From IMG/VR virus record IMGVR_UViG_3300038679_000051, positions 192,001 to 256,000 of that record: a stretch of 64,000 nucleotides of DNA, one strand, 5' to 3'. Within the stretch, counting starts at the first letter, position 1. Each line of letters starts with the position of its first letter. The stretch is from a virus (taxonomy: Duplodnaviria; Caudoviricetes). The notes beneath the pieces are model-generated. The model was given only the letters and a program-made list of their open reading frames with translations. It was not told where the DNA came from and did not search any database. A program made the translations under genes and the position numbers. Below are positions 39,862 to 49,547 of the stretch, in pieces.

Positions 39862-40266
39862 ATGCCAGCTGAACAACCAGCCAATGCAACAATCGAAATC
39901 TTTCGAAACGTTAGAACGTATCGACAAGATTTCCGCCATGAGAGTCTGAAAGTGCTCGGCCCGAAATTGGGTCGTTCACCAGTCATGTCGACGCCTGGTC
40001 GTGAATACTTGGCCGCACAAACGACTGATGGCGTTGTGAGCGATGCCTTCCGGTACGGCCATCCGGTTGTCACGTTCCCGCGTGCTTTTGTCAGTTTGGG
40101 CGATGTCCTCACCAACGTTGCCAACGTGCAGGTTGTTCGGTTGGTTGGTGGACGCGACTTCTTCGTCACTGGTACTGCTGGCAATAACACTGCTGATCTT
40201 CATGCAAGCGTTCGTGCTCGCGACAAAGTGGCGAATCCGGACAATACGATTAATCCAATCGCTTAA
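39862..40266 (+). CDS. Hypothetical, probable virion protein
   Basis: AAAAGGAG RBS; codon style resembles MCP/sheath. Confidence 0.65.
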   Translation: MPAEQPANATIEIFRNVRTYRQDFRHESLKVLGPKLGRSPVMSTPGREYLAAQTTDGVVSDAFRYGHPVVTFPRAFVSLGDVLTNVANVQVVRLVGGRDFFVTGTAGNNTADLHASVRARDKVANPDNTINPIA

Positions 40267-40342
40267 TTTGCGATTCGGTTAAAATTAGGCGATGGGTTAC
40301 TTAGAAATCCTAAGTAACCCATCGCCGTATCTGGAGACATCC

Positions 40343-40630
40343 ATGCAATTAAAACAATTACATGAAAACCAATCAATCACCCTTAATCGCGAGGGCACCG
40401 AGAATACGTTCACCGTAGGGCAAAAAGTTCGACTCGTGAGTGAATTGGGCGATGGGCTTGCCGACGAAATCAAACCAGGTGAAATTGGAACGATATTGTT
40501 TATTCGTGGACCAATTAATGGAAGATATTCATTGAGAATAATGTGGAATAAGGAAATATTGTCATATAAAGGAAATTTAATGCGTCCGGTTAGTCAATTA
40601 GAAACAGATAGAGTGGAACCAGTTATTTAA
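40343..40630 (+). CDS. Small SH3-like beta protein with MQLKQLHE N-terminus
   Basis: GGAG RBS; FTVGQKVRL...GEIGTILFI. Confidence 0.6.
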   Translation: MQLKQLHENQSITLNREGTENTFTVGQKVRLVSELGDGLADEIKPGEIGTILFIRGPINGRYSLRIMWNKEILSYKGNLMRPVSQLETDRVEPVI

Positions 40631-40931
40631 CTTCGTCTATGGCAGCGAGTAAGTTTGTTCGAATGGTTCTTACGTTCTCGTCGACCATATTTAATTTCTT
40701 ATGTGGTAACTTCTTTACGTAACAAGTCCAAAGATAAATTATGTCATCTTTGACGAATTTCTTTAAATCGCGTCGTCTCTCTGCATAAGTGAAAATACCG
40801 AATTTCTTATTCTTGATTAGGTACATACCGGTATCTCTATCCCGCCTTATTTTAAGGGACAATGGGTCTTTAAAGCGAAGAATCAGACCTTTACGAGAAA
40901 TGCGTTTAATGACAATGTGGGTGTCCATCAA
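40623..40931 (-). CDS. Hypothetical protein, possible HicB-like fold
   Basis: LKIRRDRDTGMYLIKNKKFGIFTYAERRRDL pattern. Confidence 0.4.
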   Translation of the reverse strand: MMDTHIVIKRISRKGLILRFKDPLSLKIRRDRDTGMYLIKNKKFGIFTYAERRRDLKKFVKDDIIYLWTCYVKKLPHKKLNMVDENVRTIRTNLLAAIDEVK

Positions 40932-40989
40932 GATCCTCGTATCGGGATTGTTCGTAAAACATTTTATCTAATTTTCTATTCACTGTCAA

Positions 40990-41733
40990 TTATGCTATGT
41001 GGCACATCAAAGGCTCACCCCACAATATAGCCTTTTGTCTGACCTTCTCCTTCTCATCGTAACCTTCGGTTACTAGAGAAGCACCATCTAGTGTTATGGA
41101 TGATCCATCTGGTGCAGGAAATGATGCAAATTTTCTGCGAGCATGTCCCAACATTATTTTGGTTTCAGCGACCATCATGTCCATTGCGAGTTGTCTTGCG
41201 ATGGGTGACTGAAATTCAGTCACCCTAGGCATATATTCGACGATGACTGGGAATGTGCTCTTAGGATTAGGATGTAATCTAATCTTGTTATGACTAACGA
41301 AGTCCCAGCGACCTTCAGTTCCAAGGACGCGTTGGGACCATTTTCTATAATGTTGAAGCAGATGATAATCGACAAGCATGTTCTGGATTCCGCTAATGTT
41401 CCCGATATTGAACAAGAATGATTCGGCACCAAACACGTTGTCAATTCTGGTGGTTACTGGATCCCAACTTACCTTGACGACCCAATATGCGTCCTCCGGT
41501 ATGTCATATTCTATTACTGTCGGTTTAGTGAAAAAATATGCGATTTTCGATTCGAGTGGGAAATATTGACAAATGAAATCCATTGCAGTACGTATTGATT
41601 CCTCCCATTGCGATTCAGTGACTTCAACGGCGACGGATGGTCCACCTAGTTGATTTATGGCATGTAATTTTAATGGATCTGTGTCCTGTTTGCGGAATAC
41701 GGATGGCATTTGGGTTGGTCCGAGAATGGCCAT
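40990..41733 (-). CDS. Neck protein (T4 gp13-like)
   Basis: INQLGGPSVAVEVTESQWEESIRTAMDF; MLGHARRKF...PDGSSITLDG..LVTEG. Confidence 0.85.
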   Translation of the reverse strand: MAILGPTQMPSVFRKQDTDPLKLHAINQLGGPSVAVEVTESQWEESIRTAMDFICQYFPLESKIAYFFTKPTVIEYDIPEDAYWVVKVSWDPVTTRIDNVFGAESFLFNIGNISGIQNMLVDYHLLQHYRKWSQRVLGTEGRWDFVSHNKIRLHPNPKSTFPVIVEYMPRVTEFQSPIARQLAMDMMVAETKIMLGHARRKFASFPAPDGSSITLDGASLVTEGYDEKEKVRQKAILWGEPLMCHIA

Positions 41734-41809
41734 TTGACGCAGCCTCCTTTAATGATAGATTTGAGGGCGCAAGTATTTAAGAAGATGACATCGTTCAAGA
41801 GGGGGACAG

Positions 41810-41953
41810 ATGAGTTTATTTCTCGTAATGCTCATTATTGCTTATGGGTTTGATGTGTCATTTCCAATATGGCTATATTTTATTGTCTTGCTCGCGGATG
41901 TCGGGACAGACGGATATGGTGGATGGAGAAAAACTAAAGAGGGGGAAGAATGA
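41810..41953 (+). CDS. Small membrane protein (47 aa), not in ORF track
   Basis: MSLFLVMLIIAYGFDVSFPIWLYFIVLLADV...; GAGGGGG RBS; stop 1 nt before DHH ATG. Confidence 0.5.
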   Translation: MSLFLVMLIIAYGFDVSFPIWLYFIVLLADVGTDGYGGWRKTKEGEE

Positions 41954-41954
41954 C

Positions 41955-42803
41955 ATGTTAATCATACATCACAATGATCTTGATGGAAAATGTGCGGCAG
42001 CAATTGCATACCAAAAAGAAAAGGATCAACAGAAGAACATCCGTTTCTATGAAACGGATTATAAGATGCCACCACCGACTATAAAACCAAATGAGATAGT
42101 TTATATTGTGGATTTTAGTTATGACCCAACAAACATGAGTAAAATAACGAATAAGTCCAATAATGTTGTGTGGTGTGATCATCATAAAACTGCAAAGTCA
42201 TATGGCTATGACTTTGACGGTTTCCGTGATTTCTCGGAAAAGGGATTGGCCGGATGTGAATGTACATGGAAACATTGTTTTCCAGATAAGGACATTCCCC
42301 GTGCCGTGCGGGTATTGGGTAGTTATGATAGTTGGCGATTCAATGATGAGGATGAAGAAGAGACAAAGGCATTTTATGAAGGATTAAAATTACAGGACGT
42401 AGAACCAGACGGTGATTTTTGGCAGAAGTTGTTCAATGATGAGAAAATTTATGATGATATTTTGACTGATGGGAAGATTGCCATTAAATATCGGGATGCA
42501 TACTTGCGTGATTTATATAAAAACAATGCATATGAAGTAACGTTTGATGGTATCTCATGTTTGGCACTTAACGTACAAGGTTTTGGTAGTGCGGCATTTG
42601 GTGAAGATCTTGCAGATTACGATGCGTGCATTGCATATATATATGATGGCAATGAATATGCTGTGAGTTTATACTCTGAGAACGTAGACGTGGGTGAAAT
42701 GTGCAAGAAGCATGGTGGTGGGGGGCATAAGGGCGCTGCGGGATTTACTTGCAAGAAATTACCATGGCAAAATGAAGTTAGCGCAATTGCACAGGACATG
42801 TGA
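41955..42803 (+). CDS. DHH/DHHA1 phosphoesterase
   Basis: HHNDLDG, IVDFS, WCDHH, YDSW, GGGGHKGAAGF. Confidence 0.93.
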   Translation: MLIIHHNDLDGKCAAAIAYQKEKDQQKNIRFYETDYKMPPPTIKPNEIVYIVDFSYDPTNMSKITNKSNNVVWCDHHKTAKSYGYDFDGFRDFSEKGLAGCECTWKHCFPDKDIPRAVRVLGSYDSWRFNDEDEEETKAFYEGLKLQDVEPDGDFWQKLFNDEKIYDDILTDGKIAIKYRDAYLRDLYKNNAYEVTFDGISCLALNVQGFGSAAFGEDLADYDACIAYIYDGNEYAVSLYSENVDVGEMCKKHGGGGHKGAAGFTCKKLPWQNEVSAIAQDM

Positions 42804-42815
42804 ACCGAGGAAAAA

Positions 42816-43295
42816 ATGCACGAAGATAAATTGCACTATAAATGCGTGGTAGGAGAACCATGTGAGAAATGTGCGGAATTTTTAAAAATGCATGACATTG
42901 TATATTGGAACGCAACAGGAAGTGAAATATTGATACACGAAACGATCGATGAAGCAATCGAGGCGTTTGTAGATGATTTAGACGACATTGAAATTGAATT
43001 TTTTGGAGTTATGACGGTCGATGGGTATCAGCGGATGGATCATATTGGGGTGGTTTCACCTGAAGAAGTGCTTGATAGAACGATAGATTTGCTCGACGAA
43101 ACTTATGGCAATCCAGATGGAGCGACGGAATTGACGGATGCCATGCGGGATGCAGCAAGGAAATTTATAGACGTGATTGAGAAGGAATATAAGCCTTGGG
43201 CATGTGAACAAGTCTGTAAGGTTGACGTGAATGTATGTGAATGGAGAAAAGACCATCATGGCAAACATAATATAGAGAAGGAAGGTCCTAATTAA
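42816..43295 (+). CDS. Hypothetical acidic protein
   Basis: 159-aa ORF, GAGG RBS. Confidence 0.65.
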   Translation: MHEDKLHYKCVVGEPCEKCAEFLKMHDIVYWNATGSEILIHETIDEAIEAFVDDLDDIEIEFFGVMTVDGYQRMDHIGVVSPEEVLDRTIDLLDETYGNPDGATELTDAMRDAARKFIDVIEKEYKPWACEQVCKVDVNVCEWRKDHHGKHNIEKEGPN

Positions 43296-43306
43296 GGAGA
43301 ATTATC

Positions 43307-43750
43307 ATGATTGAAAACACTAATGTTTGGTCGCTTTCTGTAGTGGCAACTGGGACGTCTAGTGGTCGTGTATGGAATCGCGGTTTTTGTGTGATGAAAG
43401 ATTTTGATGCGTCACCAAGATTCGTCGATCCGGTCACGTTTGAAGAACGCGATTACAGATTCGTAGATAGTAATCGTGCTGATTTCAGTGGTTTTAAGGT
43501 CATAGCATCGTTCCGGACGTTTCTGGCTGCATTAGGTTATGCCCCTGGTGCGTATAGGGACGTCGACATCAATGATCTGTCGTTCAGATTTAATGCAACC
43601 ACTACGAATGGTGGTACGATCAATGTGATTGGAACGAGTGATGCGATGACGCCGTTGTTTGAGAGCAACAATCAGGTCGTTGCGTTAGCAGATTTGCATT
43701 CCGATTATCATTTCAATGCATTGTTCACGCAAATTGCCAATTGGCTATAA
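43307..43750 (+). CDS. Hypothetical protein (possible virion)
   Basis: 147-aa ORF, AAGGAG RBS. Confidence 0.65.
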   Translation: MIENTNVWSLSVVATGTSSGRVWNRGFCVMKDFDASPRFVDPVTFEERDYRFVDSNRADFSGFKVIASFRTFLAALGYAPGAYRDVDINDLSFRFNATTTNGGTINVIGTSDAMTPLFESNNQVVALADLHSDYHFNALFTQIANWL

Positions 43751-43759
43751 GGAGACGTC

Positions 43760-44008
43760 ATGGCGACGATCAATACGGCAACGCTAATCCTGGTGCCAGT
43801 AGATGCTATTGGTAACGTAGTCAACAAAAATACGGCTACGATTGGCCAAATGGCTACTACCTCGTCTGAAATTAGGGTAAATCCAGACACCGATTTACCA
43901 AATACAATCGGATATCCAACGATAGCTGAATATTTAAATAGAGAGGCTGCTGATGGGATGTTGTTAGCGCATCTTGACCAAACATATGTCATTACGCAAA
44001 AGACATAA
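43760..44008 (+). CDS. Hypothetical protein (possible virion)
   Basis: 82-aa ORF, AAGGAG RBS. Confidence 0.65.
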   Translation: MATINTATLILVPVDAIGNVVNKNTATIGQMATTSSEIRVNPDTDLPNTIGYPTIAEYLNREAADGMLLAHLDQTYVITQKT

Positions 44009-44023
44009 TTTACAAAATGAAGG

Positions 44024-44548
44024 GTGAGAATAAACGATTGCATGAAAATCGAAGAAAAAATTCGATTGAAATTATTAAAGGTCGCTTGTGAATCACAGCA
44101 ACCATCTGAAGGCGTATGGTATCTAATCTATTTAAAACCGAATTGGATCATTCGTGCTTATAAGGACATAGATTATCCAAACGTTGATCATGTCAAAGTG
44201 TGGAGTAGAGACGTTTCCCATATCGTTGCTGAGCATTATAAAACGTCGCAGAAGGAAATTGAAATGCATCCATATGCATTTCCACGTGGTAGAGTAGTAA
44301 ATATAAATCCCTCCAGAAAGGGTGTTCCAACTAGAGCCGAAATGTATGGTGATAAATGGGCTATGTATTTTGGCGATGATCTACCTGGCGGTGCCGCGAA
44401 GTGGAAGGCTAAGATCTTAAATGAGTTCGACCTTTCATGGACGATTGGTCGGATTGAATGGAGATATGATGATCATGAGATTCGACAGGATGAGGACGTA
44501 CGTTCTTTGTCCGTCGCGATTGGCGTAGATCTATACCGAGTGCGATAG
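44024..44548 (+). CDS. Hypothetical protein
   Basis: 174-aa ORF, HPYAFPRGRVV. Confidence 0.6.
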   Translation: MRINDCMKIEEKIRLKLLKVACESQQPSEGVWYLIYLKPNWIIRAYKDIDYPNVDHVKVWSRDVSHIVAEHYKTSQKEIEMHPYAFPRGRVVNINPSRKGVPTRAEMYGDKWAMYFGDDLPGGAAKWKAKILNEFDLSWTIGRIEWRYDDHEIRQDEDVRSLSVAIGVDLYRVR

Positions 44549-44640
44549 ACAATCTATTTCTTAATTTCCTGTCGAGGATGCGCAATCTATCCGGTCTCAT
44601 ATTTCCTCCGCAAACATATTTTTGGTAAGGAGGATTACAA

Positions 44641-45123
44641 ATGCCACATCCTAGTTATGCACCGGTTGCACCATATTGGACTATGGTGCAGTTCAAAGTC
44701 TTTGCCAATCTAGTCCCATTAGAGGGCAAACGATGGGAGACTATTCGCGACATGGAACGTGTCGCGAATGAGGTAGAAGCAGCGATAATTGCTGGACTAC
44801 CGACGATTAACATTGCGACGCCGATTGCTTTTACGCCGCAATTTGGAAGTAAAACAGCCAGGATCACCATCGTGGGCACGGTACGTGAAGATGATCCATT
44901 GCGTGCAGATAGAACGAATGCCACGTTTGATCATGATAATGCGATCATGTCTGGTCAGATTGGTGGTCCAAACATGGCACGAACGGATCCTCTTGTAGAT
45001 GCTGCCGTCAAAAGGTTGAAATCATTATTGGAAGGTTCATCGTCTCATTTATTGAATCACATTTATCGCATCGAATATGCCGGTTGCGTTTATGGAGAAG
45101 GTGGACGCCATTTCCCACTGTAA
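44641..45123 (+). CDS. Hypothetical protein (possible virion)
   Basis: AAGGAGG RBS; 160 aa. Confidence 0.7.
   Translation: MPHPSYAPVAPYWTMVQFKVFANLVPLEGKRWETIRDMERVANEVEAAIIAGLPTINIATPIAFTPQFGSKTARITIVGTVREDDPLRADRTNATFDHDNAIMSGQIGGPNMARTDPLVDAAVKRLKSLLEGSSSHLLNHIYRIEYAGCVYGEGGRHFPL
44983..45013 (+). repeat. 31-bp direct repeat, copy 1 (copy 2 at 45895-45925)
   Basis: acggatcctcttgt(a/g)gatgctgccgtcaaaa, 30/31 identical. Confidence 0.9.
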
Positions 45124-45195
45124 TGGAGAACTAACATCGTTCCGGCACCATTGAAGTCTAAAGCAAAATGCTTTTGACTAGAAAGCAAGGGCAAA

Positions 45196-45702
45196 ATGGA
45201 AGGCGTAGACGACGTCAAAAAGAGAATAACTGATATGTTTGCGGGTTTGGCGGGAGGGGCCAAAGAAGCCGGTCTTAATAAGGCCATGGAATACGCCAAG
45301 AGAATAATGAGTGGCGAACCAAAGGAAAAAGTTCTTGAAGGTATCGGTCCGGTGTTTCGTAAGAGCGTCGACCAGGCCATCAATCAATTAACTGCTGCTC
45401 AAAAATCACAACCGCAGGCTAAAGCGCAACCACAAAAATTAACTTCTCAACAAATTTTTGATTGGGCAAAAGGGGGCGATAAACGGTTGCAGATTGCCGT
45501 CGCTAGGATTGTTTCCGGTGATGATCGGAATCAGATCAAGACGTTACATAATGCGATCGCTGGCGATGAACAGTCGAGAAAATGGTTGACTGATTATGTA
45601 AGTGCGATGGGTGAAAGTCCTCAAAAATCAGCCATACCAATTCGTAAGGAAGGTTTGACATTCGCTGAACGAATTAGACTGGTGCTCGAAGAATTAGAAT
45701 AA
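45196..45702 (+). CDS. Hypothetical protein
   Basis: 168-aa ORF ending EGLTFAERIRLVLEELE. Confidence 0.65.
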   Translation: MEGVDDVKKRITDMFAGLAGGAKEAGLNKAMEYAKRIMSGEPKEKVLEGIGPVFRKSVDQAINQLTAAQKSQPQAKAQPQKLTSQQIFDWAKGGDKRLQIAVARIVSGDDRNQIKTLHNAIAGDEQSRKWLTDYVSAMGESPQKSAIPIRKEGLTFAERIRLVLEELE

Positions 45703-45731
45703 AATTGCATCAAAATCTGATCGTAAACATA

Positions 45732-45851
45732 ATGAAATTATCATTGCTTTTCGAAACCCCGGATGTTGAACCATTTGGGTCGTTCACATGTCTTGACAAC
45801 GAATATCCATATTGGGGTAATCCACGCGGTAGAGATAACAATGGAATATGA
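45732..45851 (+). CDS. 39-aa ORF with MKLSLLFE N-terminus, not in ORF track
   Basis: [39 protein letters not shown]; shares N-terminal motif with other genes. Confidence 0.5.
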   Translation: MKLSLLFETPDVEPFGSFTCLDNEYPYWGNPRGRDNNGI

Positions 45852-46962
45852 CAAGGGTAAATTTAATCGATATGCCAAATTGGGAATGCATGCGACGGAT
45901 CCTCTTGTGGATGCTGCCGTCAAAAAGATAAATAGAATTATGAACCTCACAAAAACGGCTTTCCTCACTGGTATTACTGGTCAAGATGGCGCATATTTAG
46001 CAGAATTTCTATTAGCGAAGGGATATTGTGTCCATGGTCTGATCCGACGTACCAGTAGTTTCTCTACGGGACGTATTGACCATCTTTATCATGATCCACG
46101 ATTGAAATTACATCATGGTGATTTATCTGATGGCAATAGTTTGGCGAGTTTATTGCATGAAATTCGACCACAGGAAATTTATAATTTAGGTGCACAGTCA
46201 CATGTAGCTGTTTCTTTTCAAAATCCAGTTTATTCGGCCGATGTGGACGGGTTGGGCGTTTTGCGTCTGCTGGAGGCGATTCGTGCACTGAATTTTCCTG
46301 TCCGTTTTTATCAAGCTTCATCTAGTGAAATGTTTGGTTCTACGCCACCTCCACAGAATGAAAATACGCCGTTTCATCCGCGCAGCCCATATGCCTGTGC
46401 TAAAGTGTACGGTTATTGGCAGACCATCAATTATCGGGAGGCATATTCTCTATTTGCTTGTAACGGAATTTTGTTTAATCATGAGTCGCCGCGTCGCGGT
46501 GAAACGTTCGTCACGCGCAAAATCACTCGTGCAGCTTCTCGCATTAAATTAGGATTACAAGAGAAATTGTTTTTGGGTAATTTGGATGCTAGGCGTGATT
46601 GGGGCTTTGCTGGAGATTATGTTGAGGCAATGTGGTTGATGTTACAGCAAGATAAACCCGACGACTATGTCGTTGCTACGGGCGAAACATATTCGGTTCG
46701 GGAATTTCTTGATGAGGTCTTCGGGCAATTGCAATTGGATTGGCGTCGTTTCGTTGAACAAGATGCCCGATATATGCGTCCTAGCGAAGTAGACAATTTA
46801 TGTGGTGATGCGACCAAAGCACGCACGCAGTTGGAGTGGACGCCAAAAATAACTTTTAAAGCTTTAGCAAAAATGATGTTGGATGCTGACATGCAGTTGG
46901 CACAGAAAGAAAAAATCATAAGTTTGAGTGGAGAAACAAATGAAGTTAAATATGTTACATAG
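45841..46962 (+). CDS. gmd: GDP-mannose 4,6-dehydratase (core begins at ATG 45940; possible 33-aa N-terminal extension)
   Basis: [70 protein letters not shown]. Confidence 0.96.
   Translation: MEYDKGKFNRYAKLGMHATDPLVDAAVKKINRIMNLTKTAFLTGITGQDGAYLAEFLLAKGYCVHGLIRRTSSFSTGRIDHLYHDPRLKLHHGDLSDGNSLASLLHEIRPQEIYNLGAQSHVAVSFQNPVYSADVDGLGVLRLLEAIRALNFPVRFYQASSSEMFGSTPPPQNENTPFHPRSPYACAKVYGYWQTINYREAYSLFACNGILFNHESPRRGETFVTRKITRAASRIKLGLQEKLFLGNLDARRDWGFAGDYVEAMWLMLQQDKPDDYVVATGETYSVREFLDEVFGQLQLDWRRFVEQDARYMRPSEVDNLCGDATKARTQLEWTPKITFKALAKMMLDADMQLAQKEKIISLSGETNEVKYVT
45895..45925 (+). repeat. 31-bp direct repeat, copy 2
   Basis: See 44983-45013. Confidence 0.9.
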
Positions 46963-47644
46963 AAAACCAAAAATGTTACGCCTATTTCATGGTGTGTCAG
47001 GAGACAGTCAAGAAGATGTTGTGGGAAGGACTAAATATCTTGCTTTCAATGGATTTGATGAAAGGGGCGCATATTTTACGCAGAGCATTGGAATAGCTTT
47101 GTCATATAATCGTATGAAGGATTTCTCAAATTTAAAAATGCTTAATGGTGTAATTGAAACAATAATTAATGATTTACAACAGTGCTCAATTGATGGGGAC
47201 GCAATTTCTACGCATCTTGCGTATACACCAAACCATAAGGACGTTACATGGAGAGAATATTTTGATGAACATTGGCCCAACACAAATGATGAATTGAGAA
47301 TGAAGTTTGCTTTGCTTTCTTTCTTGCATACACAATGGGCGGAAAATGATGAAGATCCTATGGGCGATGAGAAATATATTGAGATTTTTGGTGACATCAA
47401 CCCATATGATGCTGCTCAAAAAGTTGCTGATGAATTGACGAAATATAGTGGATGCATCATTGGTGATCAAGATACGTCAAGAGGCAACGTTAAAATAAAT
47501 AGACGAATCCATCCGAATGAAATAATTGGCGCATATTTGTTTGACTGTGATGATAATTGGATGTGTGTTTGCGTTAAAGTTATAAAGGGCCATAACATCA
47601 AAGTTGGTGATAAATTTAAGATGGTGGGTAGGACGGTCTCGTAA
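46940..47644 (+). CDS. Hypothetical protein with ADP-ribosyltransferase-like motifs
   Basis: RLFHGVS...[14 protein letters not shown]; GGAG RBS. Confidence 0.45.
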   Translation: MKLNMLHRKPKMLRLFHGVSGDSQEDVVGRTKYLAFNGFDERGAYFTQSIGIALSYNRMKDFSNLKMLNGVIETIINDLQQCSIDGDAISTHLAYTPNHKDVTWREYFDEHWPNTNDELRMKFALLSFLHTQWAENDEDPMGDEKYIEIFGDINPYDAAQKVADELTKYSGCIIGDQDTSRGNVKINRRIHPNEIIGAYLFDCDDNWMCVCVKVIKGHNIKVGDKFKMVGRTVS

Positions 47645-47675
47645 TTGGACGTCACTTTCCGCCGCGTCATTGCGA

Positions 47676-49010
47676 TCAATATTTATAAATAAATCGCAAT
47701 TTTTCTTTTCCCATAACTTTCTCATATTTTATTGAATTTGCGTATTCTTGTTCTTTCATGCCCATTTTAACAGCATGGTCCCACAATGTCTTCTTATGTA
47801 TTACATACCCATCTTTACCGACATACCAATAATCGGGTTTGACAGTTCCGTCTAATTGCCAATTTGAAGCTTTATAAATCGTTCCTGTATGATTGTGTGA
47901 TGTATCTGCGAATGTGATTAAATATTTTAAAGCTGGAAGTTCTGCTTCTATCATTTTCATGCATCTTGATATGAACCATGTAGCAAAATTCTTTTTTTGA
48001 TAGGCTGGATGAATGCAGAATCTTGATAATTCGCGTATTTCTGCCGTTTTTATACCAAGTTTATCAGCGGATTCTTTTCTAGTGATTGTAGAAAAAGCGC
48101 ATACGGCAATTAGATCATTACCTAATTTAACTCCATATCTAATGGAATTCTTACCAATCCTACCAAAGTAGTGATATTTTGCGACAAATTTCCTAGCTTC
48201 ATCATCAGTAATGTGAATGATTTCGACGTCGTCAAATGAGAAATCAATTGGGTTCCAGCCTGATCCAGTCCAATATTTAATCAAATCGACGATCCTGTCC
48301 TTGCAATGAAATTCATGCTCCCAAATGTGTTTTAATTTTAGATGTGGGAAATAACGTTCAAGATATGTGGCTTTTGCTTGATCATTTATCTTCGCCTTAT
48401 CCTTTTTGTGCCAATACTCGCCTTGGCATTCTATGATGAGGTTGTGATCTGGTAAGATGCAATCATAAGTCCAGAACCCAATGATTTTTTCAATTTCATA
48501 TTTAATCTTCAAATCATCTAAAATTGAATATAAAATCAATTGTATTGATGATGGCTTTCCTAATTGGTCATTTGCTAAATATGCCATCTTTTCTTTTACA
48601 GTATCATATTTCCCGATCATCTTTTTCACATATGATTGATCTTGCCATAGTTCTTTCATTCGTCGTTGTATTTTGTTCGATCTCAATAATGATGCTTCTC
48701 TAAAAGATCTCCCTTTAATGTTATATTGTTTAAAAGACTTGTTAATCGTTGCGATGGATACTCCGGCTTTTTTGGCTAATTCAGGTTTTGACATCCTTTT
48801 GTCATAATAATTAATTTTAAACCATTCTTCGGTTAAGAAATCAGGTAATCTTGGTTTGATTGGAATGCCAAATTTTTTTAATCTTCTATAAAGAAATTGA
48901 TCGTTGACGTTAAACTTTTTGACTATTTCTGAATATGGTGTCGTAGCATATAACTTTTCAAGACCTTCTTTCGTGTCAAATTCTGGTCCCATTATTTTGA
49001 AAAATTTCAT
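47676..49010 (-). CDS. HTH repeats + DUF559/Vsr-like endonuclease + Mom-like GNAT DNA-modification domain
   Basis: YDCILPDHNLIIECQGEYWH; KYHYFG, RELSRFCI, LITFADTSHNHTGTIYKASNW. Confidence 0.8.
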   Translation of the reverse strand: MKFFKIMGPEFDTKEGLEKLYATTPYSEIVKKFNVNDQFLYRRLKKFGIPIKPRLPDFLTEEWFKINYYDKRMSKPELAKKAGVSIATINKSFKQYNIKGRSFREASLLRSNKIQRRMKELWQDQSYVKKMIGKYDTVKEKMAYLANDQLGKPSSIQLILYSILDDLKIKYEIEKIIGFWTYDCILPDHNLIIECQGEYWHKKDKAKINDQAKATYLERYFPHLKLKHIWEHEFHCKDRIVDLIKYWTGSGWNPIDFSFDDVEIIHITDDEARKFVAKYHYFGRIGKNSIRYGVKLGNDLIAVCAFSTITRKESADKLGIKTAEIRELSRFCIHPAYQKKNFATWFISRCMKMIEAELPALKYLITFADTSHNHTGTIYKASNWQLDGTVKPDYWYVGKDGYVIHKKTLWDHAVKMGMKEQEYANSIKYEKVMGKEKLRFIYKY

Positions 49011-49087
49011 GTGATCTCCTATTTGATGCCTAAATAAACTAAATACTTCATTTACTTCACTGACATTATATTTTAGTCAAATTTTTT

Positions 49088-49510
49088 ATGGAGGTGGTAA
49101 CAATGGAAGACACTCAAATAGAAATAGCATTAAAAATTGAAATCAGAGAGGGTGGGACCATATTAATCCCGGGATGTGAGCCAATTTCGGAGTTAACTAG
49201 TCCATTGTTTGCACAACGATTAGATTGTAGTGCCAGTGAGATATCGGCAAAACAGGCGATGAAATTGATTCCGGGATCTTACATTTACGTCAATCCATTC
49301 TCACCCAGTAAGAGATTTCTGGTTCTACCAAGTGGCCCACCACCATATGGTAATGATTGTCCGAGAAGAAGATGTGACGATTGGTATTCATATCTGCGTG
49401 AGACGGTTACGCCGACGCCTGATGAGACGCCGCTTCAATGTAATTCGGCGGCATTCGATTTTTCATGGTGTAAAGACATAGACAAAGAAGCAGCGGCAAT
49501 GGCAAAATAA
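49088..49510 (+). CDS. Hypothetical protein
   Basis: 140-aa ORF, GGAGG RBS. Confidence 0.55.
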   Translation: MEVVTMEDTQIEIALKIEIREGGTILIPGCEPISELTSPLFAQRLDCSASEISAKQAMKLIPGSYIYVNPFSPSKRFLVLPSGPPPYGNDCPRRRCDDWYSYLRETVTPTPDETPLQCNSAAFDFSWCKDIDKEAAAMAK

Positions 49511-49547
49511 TTATGAGCATTATGGTCACAAAAATAATTGGGAGACG

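Noticed and set aside
40343-40931. HicAB toxin-antitoxin pair
   Set aside because: The HicB-like call is weak, the neighbour is convergent, and it has no HicA dsRBD/GSH motif.
45763-45840. Track start of gmd at 45763
   Set aside because: It overlaps the better-supported [11 protein letters not shown] in another frame and has no RBS.
45940-46962. Host assignment from gmd, sigma or NrdJ style
   Set aside because: It cannot be supported without database comparison or phylogeny.
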